The notes under the pieces are model-generated. The model ran no database searches. It saw only the letters and a program-made list of their open reading frames with translations, and had not been told where the DNA came from. Source: a virus. Taken from it: a DNA stretch of 64,000 nt. Below are positions 38,914-48,845 of this stretch, piece by piece. Location: IMG/VR virus record IMGVR_UViG_3300020196_000021, positions 1 through 64,000 of that record, one strand, 5' to 3'. The position numbers were made by a program, and so were the translations under genes. Every line of letters begins with the position of its first letter. Within the stretch, counting starts at the first letter, position 1.

Positions 38914-41900
38914 TTATGCCAGTACTGTTTGTGATACTACTTTGACGTTATAAACTATAGTTGAAGATCCTGTAAGATCTGTTACTTTTATCGCTACATT
39001 ATTCGACCCATCTAATTCAGCTTCAACATCACATAAAACTACATCAGTATATATCTTATTACTTTCAGTATAAATGATATCAGATCCATTTGATTTGACG
39101 ATATATGATATTTCTGAATATTGTCTTCTAGAAATAGTAGAGTCATCGGAAATTTCAATCATAACCTTCCCAGAATATGATTGAGTATATGGAAATAGTG
39201 GTATTGAAGTTGAATTTCCAGATGCAGTATTAATTGTAGAAACACCAGATGCAATTCTTGAATCTTTTAAATTAAATTGTCTTAAATCTTTATCAAATAA
39301 TTTAATATAACTTGATGCTACATTTTGACCATATAAATTATTTACAAGAAATTCTCCATTAATACCAAATTTTATAAATTCTCTATATGATGAGGTTAAT
39401 GTAAACGATAGTCCACCAGAAGAAACTGCTGCTATTCTTGCTGCAGATCCATCACTGGTAAATTCGAGTATACTACTTCCAAGAATCAATTTATCAGAAT
39501 TGAATACTATATTTTGACCAGGGTTTGTGAACGTTAACTGACCATAAATGTTTCTTACATATTTTAATTCCGCTGTTCCATTTGCAAAATTATTTCCAGT
39601 AGTATTTGTTGGAGCAGTTGTGCCAAGTGTACCTGATTGCATAACCATGTACACATTGATTCCATAATAAATGAATACACTTGGTTGATTGCCTGTTGGT
39701 GCAGTTACTGTTCCACCAGAAGTCCATTCTGGAATTCCATTTATATCAGTAGCATCTATTGATGTTATTTTTTGCAAAACAATTTTATTCTGTTCAACCT
39801 GCATAGATTGAACACCATCATTTACAAATCGTATAATATTATCATCATCTCCTGGATTTAATTCTGCACTAATATAAGTATTTCCATCAACATCTCTTAC
39901 GCCACCAAGAGAAACAAAATAATTTCCATTAAAACCTTCAAATCTAGATTCATTTGTATTAAATCTAATTGCTCCTGCTCCAGGTGCAGGAGGTCTTTCT
40001 GCGGTGCTTCCAGATGGAACAACTAATGCTTTTGATCCACTAATTTCAACTAAAGCATTTGCAGAAATTACAAGATTGCCAGGAGTGATTTTATTAATTT
40101 GGTTATTAGTTATTGATAACGAATCATTAATATTAATACCTGAAGTAGTACTTACTTTTAATTGTTTTGAAGTTATAGATCCATCAATTGGATCAAGTTT
40201 AATTACATCTGTAGAAGTAGCAGCACCAAATTGATAGAAATATTCTTGTCCATAGAATCCTAAAGATGCAGTACCATTTGTAACTGTTCCAGTTGTATGG
40301 ATAGGTGCATTTATTCCAAAAGTACCACTGGCAGTTACTTCATAAAAATTAGATTGATGCTTTACATAAGATCCAGATTGCACTTGAGCATTTGCTGTCC
40401 AATTTGTATAAACTGGTCTAAATGAGTTTGGAAGGTAAATTTTATCTCCTTCTTCATATCCAATTCCTAAATTATTGATCTCAGTTACTGTTACTACTCC
40501 AATAGTTTCAACTCTAAATTTAAAACTAGTAGTTGGAACTGTTGATGGTATTGCCGCATTAGTTATTGTATCAACATATGTCATACTTGCGGGATCTACC
40601 GTGAGTAGATCAAATACCTGATATCCAGATCCGCCGTCAACTATTGTAATTGAAGTTACTTTTCCACCAACAACTTCAATGTCTGCTTTTGCGCCAGTTC
40701 CTCCAGTGGAAGTTCCAATTGTAGCAACTTTAAAATTAAATCCAGATCCACTAGTTAATGTTGATACTGTTAAAGTTGCACCACTACCAACGTTGGTTTC
40801 TAATACTTGTATTGTACCATAATACGCAGAATTATTTGCTGAAATATAATAATATGTACCTGGAATATTAGGTGTCCAAGTTATGACTCCAGATGAAGCA
40901 CCATTATTCGTAACACCTGCAACATTATAGGTCGGATCATATCCACTATATGCACCTAATTGAGATACAATATAAAATGCATTATTTACTAATCCATTTC
41001 CTGGAGCACTTACATCAAAAGTCAAATCATCAAATTTATTTACTGTTAATGTTGGATTTGTTCCTGTGGCAGAACCAGTAAAAACATAACCAGAAGGAGA
41101 AGTATCTGTTACATTATACGTGTATGTTGCAGTACTATTAAAACTAGTGGTATCTACTGATAAAGTATCGCCTGATACATATCCTGCTCCTGGTTGGTTT
41201 ATAGTTGCAGATGTTATAAGACCCCCAGAAACAGTAATATTTGCTGTTGCTCCTTGACCTAATGAACCAATATTAGTTAAAGTTACATTATTATAATTAC
41301 CGTTTGCATAATTTGATCCACCAGAAGTTATAGATAATTGATTAATTTGTGATCCACCTAAATTGGATACATTTGCAGATAATGTATCATTTACTGTGTA
41401 TCCAGATCCACCATTTGTTATTGATATATTTGTTACAGAACCAGAAGCAATAGTAACTGTTGCTTTAGCAAAATTTCCAGTTCCACCAGTCAATGGGACA
41501 TTTGTGTATGTTCCATTGATATAATTTGATCCACCATTTAAATTAGAAGTAGTTAATACTGAACCACCTGGAAGAACAGAATAAATTAAAGGAATATCTA
41601 CATAAGTTGCATCAGTATATCCAAAACCTTGTTCAGTAAGAATACCATCAAATGCAACAGTAACATCAAATCTTAATCCACTTCCACTTCCACCTAAAAC
41701 TTCTTGATTTGTATATTTTCCTAATTGATATGCTGAACCTTTTTGTATTGTTGGATCAGCAAAAGATACAGTTACAAAATTTGTTTTTTTATAAAAATCT
41801 GTTCTATCTGCAGAAAATCTTAATATTCTTCCTTGATCTCCAACAGCACTAAATTTGCCATGACCTTCTCCATACTCTGCAAAAAATCCTGTTCTATTCC

Positions 41901-44900
41901 ACAATGTAGAATGTGGATCTGCATCAAACTTTATAGATGGTTCAGTTACTGATCCAAATGATGCAACAATATTATTAAGTGCTTTTATATCTCCTTGTGC
42001 TCTAATATTGCCGTTTACTTCTAATTTTTCAGTATCATAGATGTTTAATGGATCACCAAGATCTAAATTTGATGGAAAACCAATAGCAACAAATGCGTTT
42101 TGCTTTTCACTAGCTAACCAAGTTGTATCTTTTGATTCTAAATTTCCACTAAATGTCGCTTTAGTTTCAAAAGATTGAATTTTTACATGTTCTAAGAAAG
42201 AAGTTATTTTATATTTTAAGAAATTATTAAATGGTCCAGTACCAAAATTTGACTCTGCAGCACTAAGAATATCATTTATATCATATTTACTTGTACCAAA
42301 ATCAGTTATTGTTACTGATGTTACTGCTGAATCGACAGAAGATACAGTATAAGTAAATCCACTACCACTTCCAAATGTACCAGTTAATACATTACCAACT
42401 TGATACCCTTGTCCAAATGATGTTATAACTACACTAGATACAGTTTGAGTCGTAATACTTGTAGTTATTGTTGCTACAGCACCAGTTCCAGTACCAGATA
42501 CATTTGCTAATTGAACAGTATATGTTCCAGGTATGTAACCACTTCCAGCATTTGATATTGATCCACCAGAAATACCACCACCAGTAACTACAATAGTCGC
42601 TTTTGCTCCAGATCCATTACCACCAGTTAAATCAACATTTGTATAAGTTCCTGCTGGATATCCTAATCCATCAGTAATAATACCAGCAAATTCTCCAGAA
42701 TATGTTGTGATATCATCATAAAATTTGGAAGATCCTGTGGTTGTAGATGTATTTACTGTAAGTGTTCCAATAGTAGCATTACTAATATTAGAACTATCAA
42801 TAGAAATACTTTGATTTGATACAATATTTCCACCTACAGTTATGTCACCTGTAAAATTAGTATTGCCAGTAATTTGTAAATCATCATTTACTTGTACTAA
42901 GCTATTTCCCTGAGCAGTTAATACTAAATTTCCAGTAGAAGTGCTAATTGTATTTGCATTTACAGAACCAATTCTAATGTTTCCAATACTAAGAGGAGAA
43001 GTTTGTACTAACCCAGTTCCTGATATTATTTGATTTGAAGAAAGTGTTAAATTACCAACATTAATTGAAGTTGGTAAAATCGTAGTAGCATTCCCTGCAC
43101 TTGAAACAATTAAATTATCAAATGTTGTTGTACTAGATCCAGATCCAGCAAAAGATACTGTTCCTTTTTCTTGATCTATAATAAATGTTGTTCCTACTCT
43201 AAAATCACCATTTTGGTCAACGCTTGTGAACAATGCACGACCATTATTAGTTTCAATTACTTCATTTGCCTGATTAACCTGACTAATATCATTATCTTCA
43301 TTTTTACCAGTACCAATATAACTAAAATTATGAGTAATACAATATAATCTTACTCCCTTTCCGTTTGCAGTAAGACCTCTTTCTCCATAAATTGAAGCTG
43401 ATCCAATTGAACGAAGTTCTGCACCAAATGCAGTGTAATCTGCCAAAGTTACAAAATTAGCAGTTCCACCAGCAGAAGTTCTAATATCTTGTGATGCAAT
43501 ACCTCCATCAATAATTTCAGTACTTCCATTCAATCCTTCAAATTGAAGAAGAAGAGAGGTATTGATACTAGCAGTAAATGCCGTTGTTGAAGGAGTAAAA
43601 GTTCCAGTATATCTAGATACTCCTTTTGAAATTCTTACTTCATCAATATATCCCTTATAAGCATATGCACCATTAGGATCTGCACCAATTCTAACTGGAC
43701 GTACAGGATAATTGTTTGTATCAGTATAAGTTGATCCAACTTGAGTTCCATTGATGAATAATCTTGTTGATGATCCTGATCTGGTTAAAGCAACATGGTT
43801 CCAAGCATTAAGAGTAACCGATCCAACAGGTCCAACTCTATAATTACTATTATAATAGAAGTATATCGCACCAGTGTCACTCTGACCTAAGATAATTCCA
43901 TTAGTATCACTAGTGGTAGTTCTAAAGTCAAAGATAGTTCTATATGAAGTAAACTCAGTAGGATATACCCAGCACTCTAATGCAAAATCTCCAGTTGCAC
44001 TAGTAGTTGTTGTACCAGCTGCTACATTAATCACACCAAACATATTTGTGTGATTTTGACACTGGTAATAATAAGTGCCAGGTGTTACTCCAGCTGTATT
44101 CCAAGTAATTGTTCCCGTTGTAGATCCATTATTTGTTATTGTGCCTGTTGTTGTTCCGTTACCTACACCACCACCAGTGCCTGTGATTTGTGCTGTCTTA
44201 ACCCAAAATGGATGACTGGCGCTAACGTTTACATTAAATACTAATATATCTCCTGCAACTACGTTGAGAGTTGGAGCAGTTCCACTTGCACTTCCAGAAA
44301 ATTGGTAATTATTTGTACTACCAGTGTTTGCAGTTACAGTATACGTATACGTTGTGCTTGCTGGTGGACTAGGATTACTTGCAGCTCCAAAGTTAAAATC
44401 AGAAGAACTTGCTACTGATAAGTAATCTCCAGTTCCATCTAATATTAAAGAACTATTACCAAATTTTTTAATAGCAGTACTAATTTGAGCATCACCATTA
44501 ACAATTACCTGCTTTGGAGTTAATGATGATTGTAACGCCTCAACAAAATTACCTGTTCCTTGACCAGTAAGGTAAATATATGTACCATCATTTTGATTAA
44601 TAGTACCAGATGCTAAAACAGTTGTACCGTCAGTATCATATTGAGTTATAGTATTACCAGCAGCAAATGTGCCAGACATACCATTGAATTTTAATCTTGC
44701 TCTTCCCTGACCAGCAAATCCTGTTCCGCCTGGATTTTCTCCAATAACGCTATCTGCAGCAAAATAAGTAAATGAATTTAACCATTCACATCTAGCACCA
44801 TTTTTTAAATATAATCCAACTGAATTAGGTACAACAAATGTACATTCATTAAATAATATAGATGCTTCTGCTGAATTAGTTGCAACTACTCCACCATCAA

Positions 44901-45636
44901 TTAATACGCCTCTTCCTGCATCTCCCTGTGCATATCCTCTTGGATCGGATCCAGTGGTTACACTACCTTTAGTAATTACAGAACAACGCTGAACATAAGG
45001 TCTTCTTCCTGAAACACTTATAGTATATCCAGATTTTGTTCTAAATGCATATCCAGTATCATTTACTGAATCATAATAAAAATCAGTAACTGTAATATTT
45101 TCTATATTACAGTTACTTTGAATTAAAAACGCATCTTTATTATTAGTACCAACTGTTGGTTTAATAAAAGTGGTTTTGAATCCAGCACCAGAAATTGAAA
45201 CCCCAACTGGAACTGTTAATGGAAAAGTTTCAGTATAAACTCCTGAACCCACAACGACAGTATCCCCATCAGTAGCATAATTATCAAGACAATATTTTAA
45301 TGAGGAAAACGCCGTCATTGGCGTTTTGCCCCATGAATTTGAACCAGTAGTAGAACCGTGTCTAGGATTTACAGAACCAAGTATTGCTTTGTCTGTTCCA
45401 TTTTTTGAAACATACCAAGTTTTTCCGACTCCATCAGTAATCAAAGATGAAAACATTGATGGAACAATGGTTTCATCGTTTGGATCTGCGTTTAGAACTT
45501 CTTGAATAGTACCATTATTATTTACAAATAATGTCCTATCAGCAATATTAAGAGCTACTTCTTTGTCGTAAAGATCAGAAGTCGTCGGTGCTGAGTTCGG
45601 TGTTAGGGATCTCTTTAACTTGATTCTGGTTGCCAT
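38914..45636 (-). CDS. Large modular fibre protein (2240 aa)
   Basis: Mtd-N-like start TRIKLKRS, beta-helix (TWYVSKNG; GVYTETFPL), LamG, two cupredoxin-like modules, many GSGY repeats, CBM5/12-like Trp modules and IRFNTNESRFEGF. Confidence 0.85.
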   Translation of the reverse strand: MATRIKLKRSLTPNSAPTTSDLYDKEVALNIADRTLFVNNNGTIQEVLNADPNDETIVPSMFSSLITDGVGKTWYVSKNGTDKAILGSVNPRHGSTTGSNSWGKTPMTAFSSLKYCLDNYATDGDTVVVGSGVYTETFPLTVPVGVSISGAGFKTTFIKPTVGTNNKDAFLIQSNCNIENITVTDFYYDSVNDTGYAFRTKSGYTISVSGRRPYVQRCSVITKGSVTTGSDPRGYAQGDAGRGVLIDGGVVATNSAEASILFNECTFVVPNSVGLYLKNGARCEWLNSFTYFAADSVIGENPGGTGFAGQGRARLKFNGMSGTFAAGNTITQYDTDGTTVLASGTINQNDGTYIYLTGQGTGNFVEALQSSLTPKQVIVNGDAQISTAIKKFGNSSLILDGTGDYLSVASSSDFNFGAASNPSPPASTTYTYTVTANTGSTNNYQFSGSASGTAPTLNVVAGDILVFNVNVSASHPFWVKTAQITGTGGGVGNGTTTGTITNNGSTTGTITWNTAGVTPGTYYYQCQNHTNMFGVINVAAGTTTTSATGDFALECWVYPTEFTSYRTIFDFRTTTSDTNGIILGQSDTGAIYFYYNSNYRVGPVGSVTLNAWNHVALTRSGSSTRLFINGTQVGSTYTDTNNYPVRPVRIGADPNGAYAYKGYIDEVRISKGVSRYTGTFTPSTTAFTASINTSLLLQFEGLNGSTEIIDGGIASQDIRTSAGGTANFVTLADYTAFGAELRSIGSASIYGERGLTANGKGVRLYCITHNFSYIGTGKNEDNDISQVNQANEVIETNNGRALFTSVDQNGDFRVGTTFIIDQEKGTVSFAGSGSSTTTFDNLIVSSAGNATTILPTSINVGNLTLSSNQIISGTGLVQTSPLSIGNIRIGSVNANTISTSTGNLVLTAQGNSLVQVNDDLQITGNTNFTGDITVGGNIVSNQSISIDSSNISNATIGTLTVNTSTTTGSSKFYDDITTYSGEFAGIITDGLGYPAGTYTNVDLTGGNGSGAKATIVVTGGGISGGSISNAGSGYIPGTYTVQLANVSGTGTGAVATITTSITTQTVSSVVITSFGQGYQVGNVLTGTFGSGSGFTYTVSSVDSAVTSVTITDFGTSKYDINDILSAAESNFGTGPFNNFLKYKITSFLEHVKIQSFETKATFSGNLESKDTTWLASEKQNAFVAIGFPSNLDLGDPLNIYDTEKLEVNGNIRAQGDIKALNNIVASFGSVTEPSIKFDADPHSTLWNRTGFFAEYGEGHGKFSAVGDQGRILRFSADRTDFYKKTNFVTVSFADPTIQKGSAYQLGKYTNQEVLGGSGSGLRFDVTVAFDGILTEQGFGYTDATYVDIPLIYSVLPGGSVLTTSNLNGGSNYINGTYTNVPLTGGTGNFAKATVTIASGSVTNISITNGGSGYTVNDTLSANVSNLGGSQINQLSITSGGSNYANGNYNNVTLTNIGSLGQGATANITVSGGLITSATINQPGAGYVSGDTLSVDTTSFNSTATYTYNVTDTSPSGYVFTGSATGTNPTLTVNKFDDLTFDVSAPGNGLVNNAFYIVSQLGAYSGYDPTYNVAGVTNNGASSGVITWTPNIPGTYYYISANNSAYYGTIQVLETNVGSGATLTVSTLTSGSGFNFKVATIGTSTGGTGAKADIEVVGGKVTSITIVDGGSGYQVFDLLTVDPASMTYVDTITNAAIPSTVPTTSFKFRVETIGVVTVTEINNLGIGYEEGDKIYLPNSFRPVYTNWTANAQVQSGSYVKHQSNFYEVTASGTFGINAPIHTTGTVTNGTASLGFYGQEYFYQFGAATSTDVIKLDPIDGSITSKQLKVSTTSGININDSLSITNNQINKITPGNLVISANALVEISGSKALVVPSGSTAERPPAPGAGAIRFNTNESRFEGFNGNYFVSLGGVRDVDGNTYISAELNPGDDDNIIRFVNDGVQSMQVEQNKIVLQKITSIDATDINGIPEWTSGGTVTAPTGNQPSVFIYYGINVYMVMQSGTLGTTAPTNTTGNNFANGTAELKYVRNIYGQLTFTNPGQNIVFNSDKLILGSSILEFTSDGSAARIAAVSSGGLSFTLTSSYREFIKFGINGEFLVNNLYGQNVASSYIKLFDKDLRQFNLKDSRIASGVSTINTASGNSTSIPLFPYTQSYSGKVMIEISDDSTISRRQYSEISYIVKSNGSDIIYTESNKIYTDVVLCDVEAELDGSNNVAIKVTDLTGSSTIVYNVKVVSQTVLA

Positions 45637-45790
45637 TTATAGCATTCTCTTGTTGTGACTTTTCTATAATACTATTTAACCTATTTGTCAAATCTTTAAC
45701 TTTTGCTTCTAATACTACATTAGTAAGGGTCAAGTCAGAAACCTTTTTTTGAAGGATTGAAATCAAAACATTAACATCTATTTCATTCAT
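45575..45790 (-). CDS. Small coiled-coil hypothetical protein
   Basis: 71 aa with a GAGG RBS. It overlaps the next gene by 62 nt. Confidence 0.7.
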   Translation of the reverse strand: MNEIDVNVLISILQKKVSDLTLTNVVLEAKVKDLTNRLNSIIEKSQQENAINGNQNQVKEIPNTELSTDDF

Positions 45791-45798
45791 AAGTTACC

Positions 45799-48027
45799 TC
45801 AGGTAAATGTTCCTCCGTCAACTGTATCTGTCCATACTGGAATACCAGCAGCAGTTACAGTTAAAATTTGGAATGAAGTTGCAACATCAGGACCAACTCC
45901 TGGATTTGCCATATTAGCAGCAGCAGTTTCTTTGAGTTCTCCAATTCCGTTTCCGTAAAGAATTCCATTAGTATTAAATTCACTTCTACCAGTACCACCA
46001 AATTGGACCGCTAAATCATTGTCTAATTCAAGATCACCAATTAATACTGTTCCTCTAGTTGAAATAACAGAAATTACTCTCAGTAAAAGATCATCTGTTC
46101 CAACTACACCACCAATTAAATTACCACTAATAGTTAAAAGATCACCTTCTTGATAATAAGTTCCAGCAGAGGTAATAGTAATTGTGCTAATTGCACCAGA
46201 ACCATTTCTGGAAACAGATACTACTAATCCAGACCCACTTCCACCAGTTGGATTTAATGAAGGATATAATTGATTTGCTGCACCAGCAAGAGTTGTTCCA
46301 CTAGATACATCTAAATCATTTTTTTCACGCTCTACTGATCCAACTCCACCCACTGAATGAGTGAAAACATTATTTGTATTTGTAGCATCTTCAATAAATG
46401 TAAATGCACCTAAACCATCAGATCCTCCAGTTCTATCATATCCAAAGAATCCATGTTTAATTGAAGTTCCATTGTGATATGTATATTGAATACCACGGTC
46501 CATTCCATCGTTTGAACCTTGAACAATATCAATAGATTCTCCAAGATTAATTGCACCTGAAATACCATTAGATAAATTTAAAATTGTAGTTTCAAATACA
46601 GATTTATCTGTAGGTTCTTTAACAAGAATTAAAAGTTGTGGGGATCCAGTATTTGCTTTGGTTAAAGAACCACCTTCATAATATGAACTTTCTCTTAAGG
46701 ATAATGTAGGAGAAACTGTAATTCTTACTGTATTAGTAGTTTGAGTTTGGTATGTACCAATTTGCTCATAATTTGTACCATTATAAAAATAAATTGGCGC
46801 TCCTATACTTGGAGGAGTAGCGAACCCTCCAGCAGAAACGTGAAAAACAACTTCAATACTAGTGATGGTTCTACCACCAGTTCCAACATTATCTCCTGTT
46901 ACCAAGGATCCAGTATTGATACCAGAAGGATTATCAATATTAATTGCAGAGGTTCCTGCGATAGCATTTGCAGATAATACTTTTTGAGATGTTTGATCAC
47001 CAATGTTAAAGATTGGATCATTAACTGTAACTTGAGTTGAGTTTATAGTAGTGGTTGTACCAGCAACTTGAAGATTACCACGAATGATTAACTCCCCAGA
47101 AGCATCTCCGCTTGCTGGATCTGGATCTAAAATAATTGTGGATCCAGAAGTTGTTGAAATTGTATTGCCATCAAATCTTAAATTATCAATATTAAGTTGA
47201 CCTGTTTGATTAACAGTAACATTGGAATTTGTTACTGTGCCTTCAAATGTAACTCCATTTTTAAATGATGTAGTCGAATTTACAGTTAAGATATCGCTAG
47301 ATGATGTACCAAGAATTGCATTATCATCTACCCTAAGTTCTTTAATCCAAGCAGTTTTATCTACACCTAGTCCACCAGAAATCTTAACAGCACCTGTAGT
47401 TCTGCTAGATGATTCCGTTACGTCTGAGAATTGAACTGCAACTCCATTATCATATTGCCAATCCGCCCCATCAACACGAATTATATTTAATTGAGTTGCA
47501 TCATATCTGATACCACCATTTCCAACACTACCAAATTGAATTTTTAAATCATCATCTAAACGAAAATCTGGGGTATTTAACCCAACTCTATCTAATCTTA
47601 AGACATTAGCAGTAGCATCAAATTTTAATTCAATATCACCTGTAGTACCAAATTCCAATTCTTGTTCATCTTCAATAACAAGTTTACCAAAACCATTTGC
47701 TCTGAAAATGAGATCAGTATCAGTAGTATCTGTTTCTACTACGTTGCCGTCAAGATTAATATCATCTACTCTAAAGCGATTTATCTTTGAGTTATTATCT
47801 ACAATAACCCCAGAATTCGCAGTAAGAGTTCCATGAACATGATCAAGCATGTCAGTGAAATACTTACCGCCAATAACTTGTACTGTGGTATTATTATCAC
47901 CAATAAAAATCCTATCACCACGATTTACTTGAGTGCCAGTTCCAACTGTTACTGCAAGTTCACCGAATTCTAATGAAGATGGTACTGTGGTGCCAGTACT
48001 TCTTTTTATAAGGATGGTTGATGCCAT
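45799..48027 (-). CDS. Fibre/connector-type structural protein
   Basis: STILIKRS...LEFGELA N-terminus, IDNLRFDGNTISTT and GNLQVAGTTTTINST repeats, C-terminal VDGGTF. Confidence 0.75.
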   Translation of the reverse strand: MASTILIKRSTGTTVPSSLEFGELAVTVGTGTQVNRGDRIFIGDNNTTVQVIGGKYFTDMLDHVHGTLTANSGVIVDNNSKINRFRVDDINLDGNVVETDTTDTDLIFRANGFGKLVIEDEQELEFGTTGDIELKFDATANVLRLDRVGLNTPDFRLDDDLKIQFGSVGNGGIRYDATQLNIIRVDGADWQYDNGVAVQFSDVTESSSRTTGAVKISGGLGVDKTAWIKELRVDDNAILGTSSSDILTVNSTTSFKNGVTFEGTVTNSNVTVNQTGQLNIDNLRFDGNTISTTSGSTIILDPDPASGDASGELIIRGNLQVAGTTTTINSTQVTVNDPIFNIGDQTSQKVLSANAIAGTSAINIDNPSGINTGSLVTGDNVGTGGRTITSIEVVFHVSAGGFATPPSIGAPIYFYNGTNYEQIGTYQTQTTNTVRITVSPTLSLRESSYYEGGSLTKANTGSPQLLILVKEPTDKSVFETTILNLSNGISGAINLGESIDIVQGSNDGMDRGIQYTYHNGTSIKHGFFGYDRTGGSDGLGAFTFIEDATNTNNVFTHSVGGVGSVEREKNDLDVSSGTTLAGAANQLYPSLNPTGGSGSGLVVSVSRNGSGAISTITITSAGTYYQEGDLLTISGNLIGGVVGTDDLLLRVISVISTRGTVLIGDLELDNDLAVQFGGTGRSEFNTNGILYGNGIGELKETAAANMANPGVGPDVATSFQILTVTAAGIPVWTDTVDGGTFT

Positions 48028-48236
48028 CAGAAGCTACCCCCGTTTACTGTTACGTTATTTAATACATTTCCTGATTGGAATCTACTTGTTGCAGCATTAT
48101 AAATTAGAATATATCCATCTTGCAAACCATTTGTTAAGACATCAACGTCACCTAAATTTTGCAATGTAGCTGCACCGCCAAGTGCTACTCTTGATACTTG
48201 TGGAGATGCTTGATCTCCAAATCTAACCCTTGCCAT
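48027..48236 (-). CDS. Small structural hypothetical protein
   Basis: LQNLGDVDV...DGYILIYNA fibre-type repeat, ending in NGGSF. TGATG coupling to the next gene. Confidence 0.7.
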   Translation of the reverse strand: MARVRFGDQASPQVSRVALGGAATLQNLGDVDVLTNGLQDGYILIYNAATSRFQSGNVLNNVTVNGGSF

Positions 48237-48575
48237 TTAGAGTGTTACTCCTTCTACTACTGTTAAAACACCTTCTAATACTCTAGATTTATAATTAGAA
48301 TTGCTGGTCAAAACAACATCATAAACATAACGTCCTGGTGTCATGGTAGAAGTTACTGTATTTGGTAATGATAAAGTAACGGAACCTGTATTTTGTGGAG
48401 GGTTTATATTCACATTCATAGTAACAGATGTGCTACTTGTATAATGTTTTTTGATCAAAGATTGACCAGTATACCCAGTCAAATTGAACTGAGAACCATT
48501 ATCGTTGGTTACAAAAAATGTAGTTTGGAAATCACTTCCTTGGTAAACAACTAAATTGGTTACAGCAGCTAACAT
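48237..48575 (-). CDS. Conserved small virion protein (Ig-like)
   Basis: NLVVYQGSDF...NLTGYT...GRYVYDVVL...RVLEG. Confidence 0.75.
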   Translation of the reverse strand: MLAAVTNLVVYQGSDFQTTFFVTNDNGSQFNLTGYTGQSLIKKHYTSSTSVTMNVNINPPQNTGSVTLSLPNTVTSTMTPGRYVYDVVLTSNSNYKSRVLEGVLTVVEGVTL

Positions 48576-48597
48576 TATAGTATTCCTACTTCAAGTG

Positions 48598-48605
48598 TAT
48601 TTATA
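48598..48605 (-). promoter_or_regulatory. Late promoter for the fibre operon
   Basis: TATAAATA. Confidence 0.8.
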
Positions 48606-48845
48606 CTAATTGCTATTCTTATTTACCAGTTCTAGCAATAAATTTTTTATCTCTGCTATTTCTAATTTTAAATTATTGATATCTTCTTCGGCAGTTTCTA
48701 ATTTTATTTCCTGTTCTCTTTTTTTATTTCTTTGGGACACATATTTAAAATATGCCTCTTGGTCTGTGTTTACTATAGAATTTGTTTTTAGGTCACGATA
48801 CAGACCATCGTGACCTTCAACTGGGATTAAGCTAGAGCTATACAT
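48606..48845 (-). CDS. Small conserved hypothetical protein
   Basis: VEGHDGLYRD...SIVN followed by a coiled coil. Confidence 0.75.
   Translation of the reverse strand: MYSSSLIPVEGHDGLYRDLKTNSIVNTDQEAYFKYVSQRNKKREQEIKLETAEEDINNLKLEIAEIKNLLLELVNKNSN

Noticed and set aside
30700-42700. GxGY-type repeats as a CRISPR array or DNA tandem repeat
   Set aside because: The repetition is at protein level with divergent codons, and there is no repeat-spacer structure.
45575-45636. Programmed frameshift fusing the 71-aa ORF to the 2240-aa fibre
   Set aside because: I see no slippery heptamer at the overlap, and the fibre has its own plausible ATG, so a simple overlap explains it.
38914-48027. Diversity-generating retroelement, suggested by the Mtd-like N-termini
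   Set aside because: No reverse transcriptase, no C-type lectin variable region, and no TR/VR pair differing at adenines is visible in the window.
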